Positions 37,958 to 48,537 of a DNA stretch of 64,000 nucleotides are shown piece by piece (the stretch's first letter is position 1; each line of letters starts with the position of its first letter). Under the pieces are notes generated by a model, which saw only the letters and a program-made list of their open reading frames with translations, did no database searches and was not told where the DNA came from. Origin of the DNA: Nitrospirota bacterium (GTDB lineage: Bacteria > Nitrospirota > UBA9217); contig CAWCKW010000012.1 in NCBI GenBank assembly GCA_963796285.1, positions 1,920,001 to 1,984,000 of the forward strand. The letters run 5' to 3'. The translations under genes and the position numbers were made by a program.

Positions 37958-39913
37958 CTAAAGTTCTCCGCAAATATCTCCGAGGCGGGCGGGATCACTG
38001 AGCGGCTCATGGCACACGTCCTGTTTACATGGGATGACCCTGCCATTGTCCTCGCCGTATGCGATCGCCGTGTAAGTACGGCCGGCAAGAGCGCGTGCCG
38101 CCTTTGCGAGACCTCCCTCAGGCGCCGCCTCGACGGCAAGCTTGAGCATGTGAAACGATGCTTCCAGCGCGCAGAAATAGGAGCCTGCATGGACGTTCAT
38201 TTCACGTGCTACTCCGGCAAATATCCTGAGGGTCTGCTCTGCAGAACGCCGGTACCCGTCCTTCCCGGTCAAAAGAAAGAGCTTCAGGAGAACCATGATG
38301 GCCACGGCATTGGCCGATGGATGAGGTACGTCCTCGATCCTCTTGAGCCGGGTGCCCAGGACCTCCTCCTCCGTGTCAAAGAATCCGCCTTCGCCGGCAT
38401 CGTAAAACTTTTGAAGACAGACGGTCATAAGCTCATCCGCCTGCTGAAGATAGCGCTGCTCTGCCGTTGCTTCATATGCCGAGATCAGAGCGTCAATGAG
38501 GTTGACATAATCATCGAGCACGGCCAATACGTCCTCCGTGTGCATCAGCCGACCACGCACAAAACGTTCCCGCAGGACGCGCTCCAGGCTCGTTACTCCA
38601 AACTCCCGGATGCTCTCGTCGCCGAGCACGGCAGAGGCATGAAAATACGCGCTGATAAGCATACCGTTCAATGACGTGTAGCGTGTCGTGTCAATGAAAG
38701 GGGTCGCTCGCTGTGTGCGGGCCGCGAGCAGTTTTTTCTTGCCGGTCTGAATGAGACGCTGCAGGTCATCGACATTTTTCCCGAGACTCCTGGCGAGCTC
38801 CTGCAGTGAACGTGGTGCGAAGAGCACTTTCTTCTCAGGCGCATGATGCATGCTCCCCCTGTCGTGCAGCAGGGAGGCAGCGAGCACGGCATACTCCTCG
38901 GGATCGAGCACGTTCCTGAATTCCTCTTCTGTCCAGGTGAAATAACCGCCCTCGTCATCGGGTGTCACGTCCGCGTCCTGGCTGGCATAGAATCCGCCGG
39001 CGGGGTCGGACAGCACCTCCCTCGTGAACGCGATGATGCCCAGGGCAATATCACGAAACCGTTCATCGCCGAACACTGCGTAACCGTCAACGTAGTTTTT
39101 AAGAAGTCCTGCATTGTCGTCGGCCATCTTTTCGAAGTGCGGGACGATCCAGGCCTCATCCACGGAATAGCGATGGAACCCGCCGCCAAGCTGGTCATGA
39201 AAACCGCCCCCTGCCATGGCCTCGAGCATCCCGTGTGCAGCTTGACCCGCAGACCGGTCCGCGCTCTTTGCAGACCTCCGAAGGAAAAACTCCATTGCTC
39301 CCGGCATCGGAAACTTGGGCGCTGCACCGAACCCGCCGTTCTCATGGTCGACGAAGGAGAGCATGGCGATCTCAGCTTCTGCCAGCAGTGATTCGCTGAT
39401 ATCTCCCGCCGAGAGCGACCCGGGCTTGAGCGCCTCCATGACCTTGCGGGCATACTCCCCGGCCTCGCCCCGTTTTGTTTTATAAAATTCGCTCACGGCC
39501 TTGAGCACTTTTTTGAACCCTGGCCTGCCGTGAGCATCCTCGGGCGGGAAATAGGTGCCGCCGAAGAACGGCTCCTTCTCGGGCGTGAGAAAGACCGAGA
39601 GCGGCCACCCGCCCCCCGAGCCCATGGCGGCGACCGCCTGCTGATACCTGCGGTCGATGTCAGGCCGCTCGTCCCGGTCGAGCTTGACGGCGATGAAAAG
39701 CTCGTTCAGAAGCCCGGCGGTCTCATCGTCCTCGAAAGACTCCTTTGCCATGACGTGGCACCAGTGGCACCAAACCGCGCCGGTGCTCAGAAAGATCGGT
39801 TTGTCCTCCCGCCTTGCGCGTTCGAAAGCCTCGTCGGACCAGGGGTACCAGTCGATCTTCTGATGCGCCGCGTGTTTGAGGTAGGCTGATTTTTCGTTCG
39901 CGAGTCTGTTCAT
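37958..39913 (-). CDS. YyaL/SSP411-family thioredoxin-domain protein (DUF255)
   Basis: NRLANEKSAYL, WCHWCHVMAKESF, GGWPL, GGTYFP, APKFP, PHFEKM. Confidence 0.93.
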   Translation of the reverse strand: MNRLANEKSAYLKHAAHQKIDWYPWSDEAFERARREDKPIFLSTGAVWCHWCHVMAKESFEDDETAGLLNELFIAVKLDRDERPDIDRRYQQAVAAMGSGGGWPLSVFLTPEKEPFFGGTYFPPEDAHGRPGFKKVLKAVSEFYKTKRGEAGEYARKVMEALKPGSLSAGDISESLLAEAEIAMLSFVDHENGGFGAAPKFPMPGAMEFFLRRSAKSADRSAGQAAHGMLEAMAGGGFHDQLGGGFHRYSVDEAWIVPHFEKMADDNAGLLKNYVDGYAVFGDERFRDIALGIIAFTREVLSDPAGGFYASQDADVTPDDEGGYFTWTEEEFRNVLDPEEYAVLAASLLHDRGSMHHAPEKKVLFAPRSLQELARSLGKNVDDLQRLIQTGKKKLLAARTQRATPFIDTTRYTSLNGMLISAYFHASAVLGDESIREFGVTSLERVLRERFVRGRLMHTEDVLAVLDDYVNLIDALISAYEATAEQRYLQQADELMTVCLQKFYDAGEGGFFDTEEEVLGTRLKRIEDVPHPSANAVAIMVLLKLFLLTGKDGYRRSAEQTLRIFAGVAREMNVHAGSYFCALEASFHMLKLAVEAAPEGGLAKAARALAGRTYTAIAYGEDNGRVIPCKQDVCHEPLSDPARLGDICGEL

Positions 39914-40080
39914 AATAAGGGAAATCTGCCACAGAGGCACTGAGACAGGTTACAAATAAGACAATTATAACGTTGAGAGCAGATACACATGGGTAATAAT
40001 CACGACCGATCACAGTCGTGACCGCACAACCTATTGAAAGCTTCGCGCATTCGTGTTTCTGCTGTGATCGGGCACCTATT

Positions 40081-40529
40081 TCAATACGTTTTCGGGTCCT
40101 CAGGCGGAAGCAGATGACTTCGTCAAAGGGCATCACGCCTAATTGGGTCATGACCGACTCGATCCCCGCAAGCAGCTCGCTGTAATCGAACCAGGGGATT
40201 TCCTCGTTCAACGCCTTTTCTGTCAGTCGGTCGAATGCCTCGAAATCGAATCGTCCGTCGAGCACTCCCGATCTTACCAGCACGGTATATGATATTTTAT
40301 CATCATTCAAATTCTCGCCTTCTTTGATATCGAGCTTCGCTATGTTCTCCTGGTCATCACAATATGACTGCATCGCGCCGTCAAGGGCATCATACAGCGC
40401 TGCGATGCCGGCGGATATCTTCCCCTGCCGCAGCCGTCTCTTCCCGCCGCGGATGTGGAGCCGCGCGCGCTGCCGTGGTCCCTCCACCGGCCCGAGAGCC
40501 TGTTCATCCATCAAGCCTGCATGGGGCAT
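40081..40529 (-). CDS. Hypothetical protein with probable frameshift in its last codons
   Basis: GGAGG plus MPHAGLMD...; after MPFDE another frame gives LLPPEDPKTY-stop, while the listed frame runs on into the next gene. Confidence 0.6.
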
Positions 40530-40726
40530 GAATACCTCCCTGATGTACGAATATCTACGTAGAAATTGCCGGCAACATCCACAGAAGTTGATGAAATAAA
40601 CAATATGAATCTTCTCGAATGGGGGATTACGACTTCTTTGACATTGATTTACATTGATTAAATGGTGAAGAATCACCGCATTGCAAAAGGGGTAATCCTC
40701 CGTTGTCCGTGATACTTTTTCTGGCC

Positions 40727-42088
40727 TTATATTTTTTGGGTTCCGGCTTGTCCGGGACAGGATGCAGAGGACTTTTCGAGGTCACTGAAAAACCGATAGC
40801 CGCCTTTCCCGCTTTCCTTCACGCGGTACATTGCGGCGTCGGCCTTATTCACAAGCGTTTCCGCGTCATCGCCGTCAAGGTGATAGATGCTGATCCCGAC
40901 ACTTACGCCGATTGTCAATTCAAGCCCTTTTATCCGGAACGGCTCGGACAGTGCCGCGATGATCTTCTTGGCTACAACAGCCGCGTCCATGGGAGCAGTG
41001 ATCCTTCCGCATATGCCGATGAACTCATCGCCGCCCATACGCGCGACCGTGTCTGAACTCCGTGTACTCGACGCCATCCTTTTCGCTACTTCGATAAGCA
41101 ACAGGTCTCCCACTTCGTGGCCGTGTGTATCATTGATATGCTTGAAATGGTCCAGGTCCATAAACAGAAGCGCCAGGATGTAGTTGTTGCGTCTCGCGAG
41201 CGCCAGGAGCTGGTTGATCCGGTCAAAGAACAGCGCGCGGTTCGGCAGCCCGGTGAGTGTATCGTAGAGCGCCAGGCGCTCGAGCCGCTGCTGCCCCTGT
41301 TTCCGCTCGGTGATGTCGCGGAATATCGTCTGGATCGCGGGCGTTCCCCCGTAGACAAAACGAACACCCGATACCTCGACGTCGATCACGGTGCCGTCAA
41401 GGCGGACATACTTCTGCTCGATGCCCAGCACACGATCCGTATTGCTTTCCAGATCATGAACCCGCGCAGTGAAGCTTTCATGAAAATCAGGGTGCACGAT
41501 GGTAAGCGGCGAGACCCCGATCAATTGTTCAGGCGATTCTGCGCCGAGAATCCGCATGCCTGCAGGATTCATGAACACAAACACTCCCCCGGCATGAATG
41601 GCAATACCGTCAGGCGACAGTTCGACCAGTTTCCGGTACCGCTCCTCGCTTTCGTGGATCGCTACTTCCATAAGTCTGTGTTCATTGCTCAGCTGCCGCT
41701 TGTTGATGACCCGGTCGATGACCATGGGGAGCAGCTTCAGATACTTCATCCCCACGTCCTTGACGAGATAGTCCGCTGCCCCGAGCTTGAGCGCCTCGAC
41801 GGCAACTTCAACGTTTCCCTCTCCGGTCAAAATGATGGTCGGCGGAAATGTTTCTTTCCACGTAAGCGTCCGGAGAACATCAATCCCTCCGAGGAACGGC
41901 ATGTTGTAGTCCACGAGCAGAACATCGTAGGGTGCGGCCCCGGCCATGGTGATCCCTTCTTCGCCGTTTGCCGCGGTATCCACGACGAAACCCTGACGCT
42001 GGAGGCTTTTCTGCAGCAGGACGGCGAGGGCGGGATCGTCTTCCATGTATAAAATTCGCGTTTCAGTGAAATCGGACATTGCTGTCAC
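40727..42088 (-). CDS. REC-PAS-GGDEF diguanylate cyclase
   Basis: YMEDD/DYNMP receiver; PAS (SPDGIAIH); DTLTGLPNR, DLDHFK, RSSD...GGDEF. Confidence 0.93.
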   Translation of the reverse strand: MTAMSDFTETRILYMEDDPALAVLLQKSLQRQGFVVDTAANGEEGITMAGAAPYDVLLVDYNMPFLGGIDVLRTLTWKETFPPTIILTGEGNVEVAVEALKLGAADYLVKDVGMKYLKLLPMVIDRVINKRQLSNEHRLMEVAIHESEERYRKLVELSPDGIAIHAGGVFVFMNPAGMRILGAESPEQLIGVSPLTIVHPDFHESFTARVHDLESNTDRVLGIEQKYVRLDGTVIDVEVSGVRFVYGGTPAIQTIFRDITERKQGQQRLERLALYDTLTGLPNRALFFDRINQLLALARRNNYILALLFMDLDHFKHINDTHGHEVGDLLLIEVAKRMASSTRSSDTVARMGGDEFIGICGRITAPMDAAVVAKKIIAALSEPFRIKGLELTIGVSVGISIYHLDGDDAETLVNKADAAMYRVKESGKGGYRFFSDLEKSSASCPGQAGTQKI

Positions 42089-42570
42089 GCCCTCCCTGGC
42101 GTTTTAAGGATCGAGAGGAAATTACCAAGGATCTGGACCGTCGTGGAGAAATTTGCAAACTCGACCGGAGTTGTGATCGCCTCGATCGGCTTGGTGATAT
42201 AGAGGTTGCATCCGAGATCGTAGCACCGGGACACCTCATCAGGGTTACCGATGATCGTGAGAACAATGACCGGGATGCATTTCGTCTCCTCATTGGCCTT
42301 GATGATCTTGAGCACCTCGTATCCATCGAGCACTGGTAAAATAAGATCGAGAAGGACAACGAGCCGCAAGGGCCCTTCGACCTGGTCGTTTCTCTTTTTG
42401 CGCAGGAAATTCACCGCCTTCTGTCCGTCATCACAGTGAACAATCAGGTTCCGGAACCCCGCTCGCCGGAGGTTCTTCTCGATAAGGTGCGCGTGGCCAT
42501 GATCGTCCTCGACCAGAAGGATGGACGTTGATCGTACATCACGTTCGTATATTCTTTTGTCCCGCTCCAT
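42085..42570 (-). CDS. Single-domain response regulator (Rcp1-like)
   Basis: ILLVEDD, LLDLILP, CYDLGCNLYITKP. Confidence 0.9.
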   Translation of the reverse strand: MERDKRIYERDVRSTSILLVEDDHGHAHLIEKNLRRAGFRNLIVHCDDGQKAVNFLRKKRNDQVEGPLRLVVLLDLILPVLDGYEVLKIIKANEETKCIPVIVLTIIGNPDEVSRCYDLGCNLYITKPIEAITTPVEFANFSTTVQILGNFLSILKTPGRA

Positions 42571-42577
42571 ACCATTA

Positions 42578-44125
42578 TTATATCATCGCCATGCGATCGC
42601 TGCTCGGAATTGTAAAGCTGATCGTTGTTCCCGTTCCCAGTTCAGATTCGCAGAAGATCCGGCCGCCCTGCCTGCGCACTAGGGCCTTCACATACGCCAG
42701 CCCCATGCCCTCGCCGGGAACATTCTGACGCCCTACGCGCCGGAAGATCTCAAAGATCTTCGGAATATCGTCTTGCGCTATTCCCCGTCCGTTGTCCTTC
42801 ACATGGACGATCGTTTCCTGGTCGTTCTGTTCTGCGGTGACGGATAGCACGCCCGAACGTTCCGGGGCAAGGTACTTCAGGGCATTGTCCAGGAGATTCC
42901 CCATGATCTGCTCCATGGCCGTCTTATCCGCGACGATCACGGGCAGACTGCCTATCTTCACGTCCACGCCCTTCTGTTCGATCTGATGGGTAAATGATTC
43001 CAGGAGAAATCGCATGAGGGCTGTCATGTCAATGGGTACTGGATTCAGCTCCCGACCGCCGTAACGTGAAAGCTTGAGCATCGCGCTGATGAGCCCGTCC
43101 ATCCGGTCAATGGAGGAACTGACGAACGCGACGGACTCAGGGACGTCCTTCCGAAGAAGTTGATCCAGCGTTTCCTGTTTTCCCTCGGGGAGATTGTGGG
43201 CGAATGGTTCTATGAGATCAAGGGCCTCCTTCAACGTCCGTTCCAACTCGGCCGTAAAACCCTTCACGTTCACGAGGGGGGCGCGCAGGTCGTGGGACAC
43301 GCTGTAAACGAACGATTTCAATTCTTCATTGGCGGCACGAAGATCCGTTGCCGACCTTTGGAGCAACTCTTCCGAGCGCTTCCGATCCGTGATGTCCCTT
43401 TGCACATGAACGACCTGGATCACCGTGCCATCCCTGTCCATCACCGGAGATGCGGACACTTCGACATAGAATTTTTCCCCGTTGCCCGTGTAATGGATGT
43501 GTTCTTCCACAGCGTGCTTCCCGGTCTGCACGGTCTCCAGGAGGGGACAGACGTCGTTCGGCGGCGTACATATCTCCTGCCGCTGGTGCGTCACCTCATG
43601 ACACTTCCTTCCAATGACCTCTTCTTCCGTCCGCTTCACCGCACGCAAGAACGCCGCATTCACCCCGACGATCCGGTAATCCCTGGTATCGATGATGCTG
43701 ACGCCGTCATTCAGGCTGTCCATGACCGTCCTCAGGAATGCATGGGCCTCTTTCAGTTCATGCGTTCGAATTTCCACCCGCTGTTCGAGCGATTCTTTGC
43801 CGCGGCGCAGCTCCTCCTGTGCCCTCTTCATGTTGCCGATGGCCTCCCTGCTCACATTGATGACAATGAGGACGAACAGCGCCCCACCGAAGAACACGGG
43901 GCCGATGATAAACTCCGCGGGTATCTGTATGCCGCCGGCCAGGATGACCACAATAGTTATATATCCAACAATAAAGAACGTCATAAGCATGATCATGACG
44001 TTCCAGCGCCTGTGAAGTTCCTCGGGAACAGCGTGACGCGCCTTGTTCCCCAGGTACACGGCAACGGTGAGCAAGAGCGTGCCGGCCAGGATGAGAAGGA
44101 TCGTTATCATGGAGCCAATATGCAT
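42578..44125 (-). CDS. Membrane PAS sensor histidine kinase (start uncertain)
   Basis: Three TM helices; Cys/His-rich PAS (KCHEVTH...CP); SHDLRAPL, NLLDNALKY, DNGRGI, GEGMGL. Confidence 0.92.
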   Translation of the reverse strand: MHIGSMITILLILAGTLLLTVAVYLGNKARHAVPEELHRRWNVMIMLMTFFIVGYITIVVILAGGIQIPAEFIIGPVFFGGALFVLIVINVSREAIGNMKRAQEELRRGKESLEQRVEIRTHELKEAHAFLRTVMDSLNDGVSIIDTRDYRIVGVNAAFLRAVKRTEEEVIGRKCHEVTHQRQEICTPPNDVCPLLETVQTGKHAVEEHIHYTGNGEKFYVEVSASPVMDRDGTVIQVVHVQRDITDRKRSEELLQRSATDLRAANEELKSFVYSVSHDLRAPLVNVKGFTAELERTLKEALDLIEPFAHNLPEGKQETLDQLLRKDVPESVAFVSSSIDRMDGLISAMLKLSRYGGRELNPVPIDMTALMRFLLESFTHQIEQKGVDVKIGSLPVIVADKTAMEQIMGNLLDNALKYLAPERSGVLSVTAEQNDQETIVHVKDNGRGIAQDDIPKIFEIFRRVGRQNVPGEGMGLAYVKALVRRQGGRIFCESELGTGTTISFTIPSSDRMAMI

Positions 44126-44347
44126 GTTTTTACTCAACTCCCGCTTATGAGAACACTCCCCGACCAGTGCGTCACCATCCCTGTTCATGATTGATGTCGG
44201 AGACGCAAACTGCAATGTATGCTGGCCAGGAACTTCGGGGATGGGTCGCCCGAACGACGCTGGATCTTTATTGTGCAGCAGCAGCCGGGACATGCCAGTG
44301 TCATCCAGCGGAACGAGAAGATGAACAGCCATCGCAGCCGGCTTCTC

Positions 44348-44791
44348 TTACACTTTATTCGGCACGTTCAGGACGGACAGGATCTGTCCGAGGTTCTGTA
44401 TCGCCCTGCAGAACGCCTCATACTCAACTGGTTTCGTAACATATGCGTTGCATCCCAGTTCATAGCACTTCGCCACTTCACTGGGGTTGTCCGTGGTCGT
44501 AAGTATTATGACCGGGATCCGCTTCGTGCGATCATCCTGCTTGATGATCTTGAGCACCTGGTACCCGTCCAGGACAGGCAGGTTCAGGTCGAGCAGAACA
44601 AGCTGCGGGTACTCATGCGCGTCGCCCGGGGAACGGTCTTTTTTCAGAAGGAGGTCCACAGCGCTCTGGCCGTCATTGACCGTCACGATATCATGGGAAA
44701 TGCCGGCCCGCCTCAGGTTCTTCTCGATCAGGACCGCATGGCCCGGGTCGTCTTCAACTAAAAGGATGGTCATCGGTTGGTGACTGGTCAT
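44348..44791 (-). CDS. Single-domain response regulator (Rcp1-like)
   Basis: ILLVEDD, LLDLNLP, CYELGCNAYVTKP. Confidence 0.92.
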   Translation of the reverse strand: MTSHQPMTILLVEDDPGHAVLIEKNLRRAGISHDIVTVNDGQSAVDLLLKKDRSPGDAHEYPQLVLLDLNLPVLDGYQVLKIIKQDDRTKRIPVIILTTTDNPSEVAKCYELGCNAYVTKPVEYEAFCRAIQNLGQILSVLNVPNKV

Positions 44792-44989
44792 AGAGAAAAT
44801 GCCTCTTCGCGCAAGATAAGCATGCATGCCCCCGGATTGCGACCCGGTTCGTTGATTGCATGAACTTTCCCCGGGGCTTTTCGCGGTCCCGGTCTGACCT
44901 CATAGCATAGTGTTCGAGCTGTCACCTGATGACACCCGCTTTCTCAATGGGGCGTCATCCATTGCGAAAACACTGCGCAACAGGTGAGA

Positions 44990-46276
44990 TCAATTCGCAG
45001 GTGCCCAGGCCGGAGAAGTGTAGTTCGCGTCGTTCGGCGTGATCCGTTCGAGGTCAGATCCGTCTGCATTCATGACGTACAGGTTGAACTTGCCCCCTCG
45101 ATTCGAGCTGAACACGATCTGCCTGCCCGAGGGCGACCATGCGGGGTTCTCATCGCTCCCCGGACCACTCGTAAGGAGACGCATATCCGACCCGTCCGGA
45201 TTCACTGTCGCAATCTTGAAAAGCCCCTTGACCTGAGAGGCAAACACGATCCGGTCCCCGCGAGGAGACCAGTTGGGCGAGGCGTTGTACGATCCTGCAA
45301 AGCTGATCCGGCGCACGTCAGTCCCATCGACGCCCATGATATAGAGCTGCGGCGAACCCGCCCTGCCCGAGGTGAACACGATCTCTCGTCCGTTCGGCGA
45401 CCAGGCGGGAGAAACATTATCGGAGGTCCCATAGGTAAGCCGCTCAAGTTCTTTCCCGGTCCTGTTCATGGTATAGATCTCGGCGCCGCCGTCCTTGCTC
45501 AGGGCCAGGGCAATACGTTTCCCGTTCGGCGACCAGGCTGGAGAGATGTTCAGACCATCGTTCCCCGCTATCTTCCACCGCTTTCCAGTCTCCATGTCCA
45601 GCCCGAAAAGATCGGGGTTTTTGTCCCTGTACGAAACGTAGGCGAGCACTTTTCCGTCAGGGCTCCAGGCAGGAGACAGGCAGATGGAGCGGTCCGCGGT
45701 TATCTTCATCGCGTTCTGTCCGTCGTAATCCATAACGTAGAGCTCCTTGGAGCGGGTCTTGTCGGAGACGTATACGATGCGGGTCCGCGCAATACCCTTC
45801 TCTCCTGTGTACCGGAAGACGATCTCGTCGGCAAAGGTATGGACCATGCGCCGGAACGTTTCTTGATTGCCGAAATACTCCTTGTTCGTCATCCGCATTC
45901 CCGATGCTGCATCGTACAGCTTGCCGGACAGCACGAGGTCTCTGCCCTTTTTCTGGATTTTGGCCCACACCACTCCGGCAAGACCGAAGGTCCCACCGCG
46001 CTTGATCACGTCCTCCGCGGGCTCCATGGTCCCCGTGAACCTGAGGTCCAGTTTTTTGGCGTCTATGACATCGAATATCTGGGAGCGGCGCAGGTCCGCC
46101 TGCAGCACTTCGAGCGCCATGGAGCGGAGCGCAGGCGATCCCGTTTCATCAGGGATATCAAGGACAGTGATGGGAATTTTTTTTGCCTCGCCGCGGATCA
46201 CGCCAAGGTAATACTGAGCGGGTGCAGGAATGGCAGTGAGCAGACAGACGATAATAAATAGTATGGTTCGTTTCAT
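44990..46276 (-). CDS. tolB: Tol-Pal beta-propeller protein TolB
   Basis: Signal peptide; repeated SPAWSPxG; HTFADEI..TGEKG; follows tolQRA. Confidence 0.92.
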   Translation of the reverse strand: MKRTILFIIVCLLTAIPAPAQYYLGVIRGEAKKIPITVLDIPDETGSPALRSMALEVLQADLRRSQIFDVIDAKKLDLRFTGTMEPAEDVIKRGGTFGLAGVVWAKIQKKGRDLVLSGKLYDAASGMRMTNKEYFGNQETFRRMVHTFADEIVFRYTGEKGIARTRIVYVSDKTRSKELYVMDYDGQNAMKITADRSICLSPAWSPDGKVLAYVSYRDKNPDLFGLDMETGKRWKIAGNDGLNISPAWSPNGKRIALALSKDGGAEIYTMNRTGKELERLTYGTSDNVSPAWSPNGREIVFTSGRAGSPQLYIMGVDGTDVRRISFAGSYNASPNWSPRGDRIVFASQVKGLFKIATVNPDGSDMRLLTSGPGSDENPAWSPSGRQIVFSSNRGGKFNLYVMNADGSDLERITPNDANYTSPAWAPAN

Positions 46277-46486
46277 AATTTTATCCTTCAATGATACCGC
46301 TATACCCAATAGAGCGGGAAACGTTGAGGCCATTGACAGGATTGGCGGATGGTAAAAAGATCATGACCCGATGGTTTCCGGTGATCCTGTCAATAAACCT
46401 TTCCGGTTTGTTCAAGTCTAGCCTGAGGCACCAGCCAGTGATTTGCCGGGTCCTTCCCTCCTTGATGTTCACGCATGCCACGCGAA

Positions 46487-47287
46487 TCATTTTTCGGGGA
46501 CCAGATCCACGGAGAACTCTATTGACTGTTTATAAAACTCCTCCGGCAAAGGCGGAAACGGGTTGGACGTCTGAATTGCACGCATTGCAGCCGCCTTGAA
46601 TTGGTAAGAACCGTTCGAATGTGCGTCATCCAATTGAGCAGCTATAACCCAGCCCGACCTATTGACTTTGAATATGACCGTTGCCTTCGCATCTTTCATA
46701 TCCAGCGGAGGATTCCAGTTTTGTCTTATTTTTTCGCGAACGTTGTTAAGATACCAGGAATATTTGAAGTCCTGCTGTGATGTGACGGCAACACCTTCAC
46801 TTTGTTTACCCGCTGCCGGAGATACTCCGGCAGGAGCAACAGGAGCAGAAGGCACGGCTGTCGATTCCTTGGGCACAGTCTCTTTCGCTTTCGTTTGTGA
46901 CGAAGGCGCCGGCTTCTGTTTCAGATGGCCCATACCGGGCAATGCTTCTTTTTTCGGAGCCGACTTTTTGAGTTCTACTACCGCCTTTTTCGACGTTGGA
47001 GCCGGCTTCGCCGCAGCCGGCATCACTTCCTTCTTCGGGATCGGGGCCGCTGGCGCTGGCACAAGTTCATTCTTCGGGGTCTCGGCCGAGGGCACCGGCA
47101 CAAGTTCTTTCGGCAGACCCACCAGTTTCACCTGATATGCCGGAGGAATAACTGTTTTAGGGAACACCGAGAAGTGCAGAAAGAGCGTGACAAAGACAAC
47201 GGCGGCGTGCAGAAAAAAGGAAACGAAGACCGCAAGCGCCAGTTCATGTTCCGACTTCCCAAATCTCTTCCCTGAAGGGAGCTTCAT
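46487..47287 (-). CDS. tolA: TolA/TonB-family energy transducer
   Basis: SFFLH TM motif, Pro/Lys/Ala linker, C-terminal IRQNW...PFPPLP. Confidence 0.8.
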   Translation of the reverse strand: MKLPSGKRFGKSEHELALAVFVSFFLHAAVVFVTLFLHFSVFPKTVIPPAYQVKLVGLPKELVPVPSAETPKNELVPAPAAPIPKKEVMPAAAKPAPTSKKAVVELKKSAPKKEALPGMGHLKQKPAPSSQTKAKETVPKESTAVPSAPVAPAGVSPAAGKQSEGVAVTSQQDFKYSWYLNNVREKIRQNWNPPLDMKDAKATVIFKVNRSGWVIAAQLDDAHSNGSYQFKAAAMRAIQTSNPFPPLPEEFYKQSIEFSVDLVPEK

Positions 47288-47703
47288 CGGGTGAGGTTGC
47301 CCCCTGATGCGGGTTCGGTCACCATGCCGAGTCGGTCAATGCCCGCGCGCTTTACAACGTCCATCACCTGCACCACGGCGCCGTAGGGCGCGTCCTTGTC
47401 GGCGCGAAGATACACATTGACAAGCGGCTTGGATTTGCGGATGGATTCGAGTACATCCTTAAGCTTCGAAACATTCACCCGCTCCTGCTCCACGAACAGT
47501 TCCTGCGAGCGAGTGACTGTCAGCACGACCCGGTCCTCCTGCTTCACGGTATTAGCCTCCGATTTCGGCAGGTTCACGTCCAGTCCCCGGCTCATCATAG
47601 GCGAGATGATCATGTAAAAAAAAAGCACCACGAGCAGCACGTCGATGAGCGGCACGAGGTTGATCTCGCGCATAAGATGCCGTTCCCGTCGCTCAAAGCT
47701 CAT
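47284..47703 (-). CDS. tolR: TolR/ExbD protein
   Basis: EINLVPLIDVLLV, LRADKDAPYG. Confidence 0.88.
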   Translation of the reverse strand: MSFERRERHLMREINLVPLIDVLLVVLFFYMIISPMMSRGLDVNLPKSEANTVKQEDRVVLTVTRSQELFVEQERVNVSKLKDVLESIRKSKPLVNVYLRADKDAPYGAVVQVMDVVKRAGIDRLGMVTEPASGGNLTR

Positions 47704-48416
47704 GGTTTCCTCCGGAGAAGGTTACGCTCGATAAAGCTCAGGAACTCCATGGAGAAGGAATCCATCCGCGTGGCGATGCCCCTGATCTTCTCCGAAAAAT
47801 AGTTGTAGGCGATCACTGCCGGGATGGCCACGAACAGCCCCATGGACGTATTGACCAGCGCTGCCGCGAGCCCCGGCGCCAGGGCGGAGATATCGCCCGC
47901 ACCCTTGAGACCGATCCCGTAGAAAGCCTCCATGATACCCCAGACCGTAGCCAGGAGGCCCAGGAGCGGCCCCACCGTACCCGTTGTTCCGAGGAACGCG
48001 AGGTAACGCTCCATATATACGATCTCGTCCTGTGTGTTGATTTTGAGCGAGCGTTCAATTTCCTGGGAAATAAGGGGACGCTCCTCCTCGGTCACCTTGC
48101 CGTCCGGCAGGGTCCTGATGATAGACTCGGCTTTCCGGTAGCCTTCCACGAAGAGCGTGGCAAGGGGGCTGTATTTCTTCGCGTCCGCGTGACTGAAGAG
48201 TTGATCGATGTTCTTCGTCTTCCGGAACTCGATCAGGAAGGCGTGAGACTCCTTCTCCGATCTCCTCAGGAACTGATACTTGAGCAGGATCATGGCCCAC
48301 GAGACCACGGAAAATCCTAAAAGAATGAAAACGATCACCTTGCCGAACCACGTCACTTCCCCGAAAAGGCCGATCACTCCCGTGCCTATGCCGGGCACCG
48401 CGCTGATTGCAAGCAT
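47700..48416 (-). CDS. tolQ: TolQ/ExbB proton-channel protein
   Basis: GPLLGLLATVWGIM, APGLAAAL, AIPAVIAYN. Confidence 0.88.
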   Translation of the reverse strand: MLAISAVPGIGTGVIGLFGEVTWFGKVIVFILLGFSVVSWAMILLKYQFLRRSEKESHAFLIEFRKTKNIDQLFSHADAKKYSPLATLFVEGYRKAESIIRTLPDGKVTEEERPLISQEIERSLKINTQDEIVYMERYLAFLGTTGTVGPLLGLLATVWGIMEAFYGIGLKGAGDISALAPGLAAALVNTSMGLFVAIPAVIAYNYFSEKIRGIATRMDSFSMEFLSFIERNLLRRKP

Positions 48417-48537
48417 TGTTACCTCCGATCAAGAAATAATTTCAAAATATGACTTGCAAAAAATGCAAAATAACAAAATTGAATATTTTTTTATTTCTGT
48501 CTCTTGAAGATCCCCTGTGCCTATCTTACTTCGCCAT

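Noticed and set aside
39723-40676. 317-aa ORF as a single gene
   Set aside because: It has a spurious upstream extension and reads through into the YyaL-like gene after a probable frameshift.
44984-46261. Long plus-strand ORFs antisense to real genes (also 20034-20960, 41117-42052, 43160-44194, 50638-51789, 55379-56413, 61638-62648)
   Set aside because: Shadow ORFs expected from GC-rich codon usage; no motifs.
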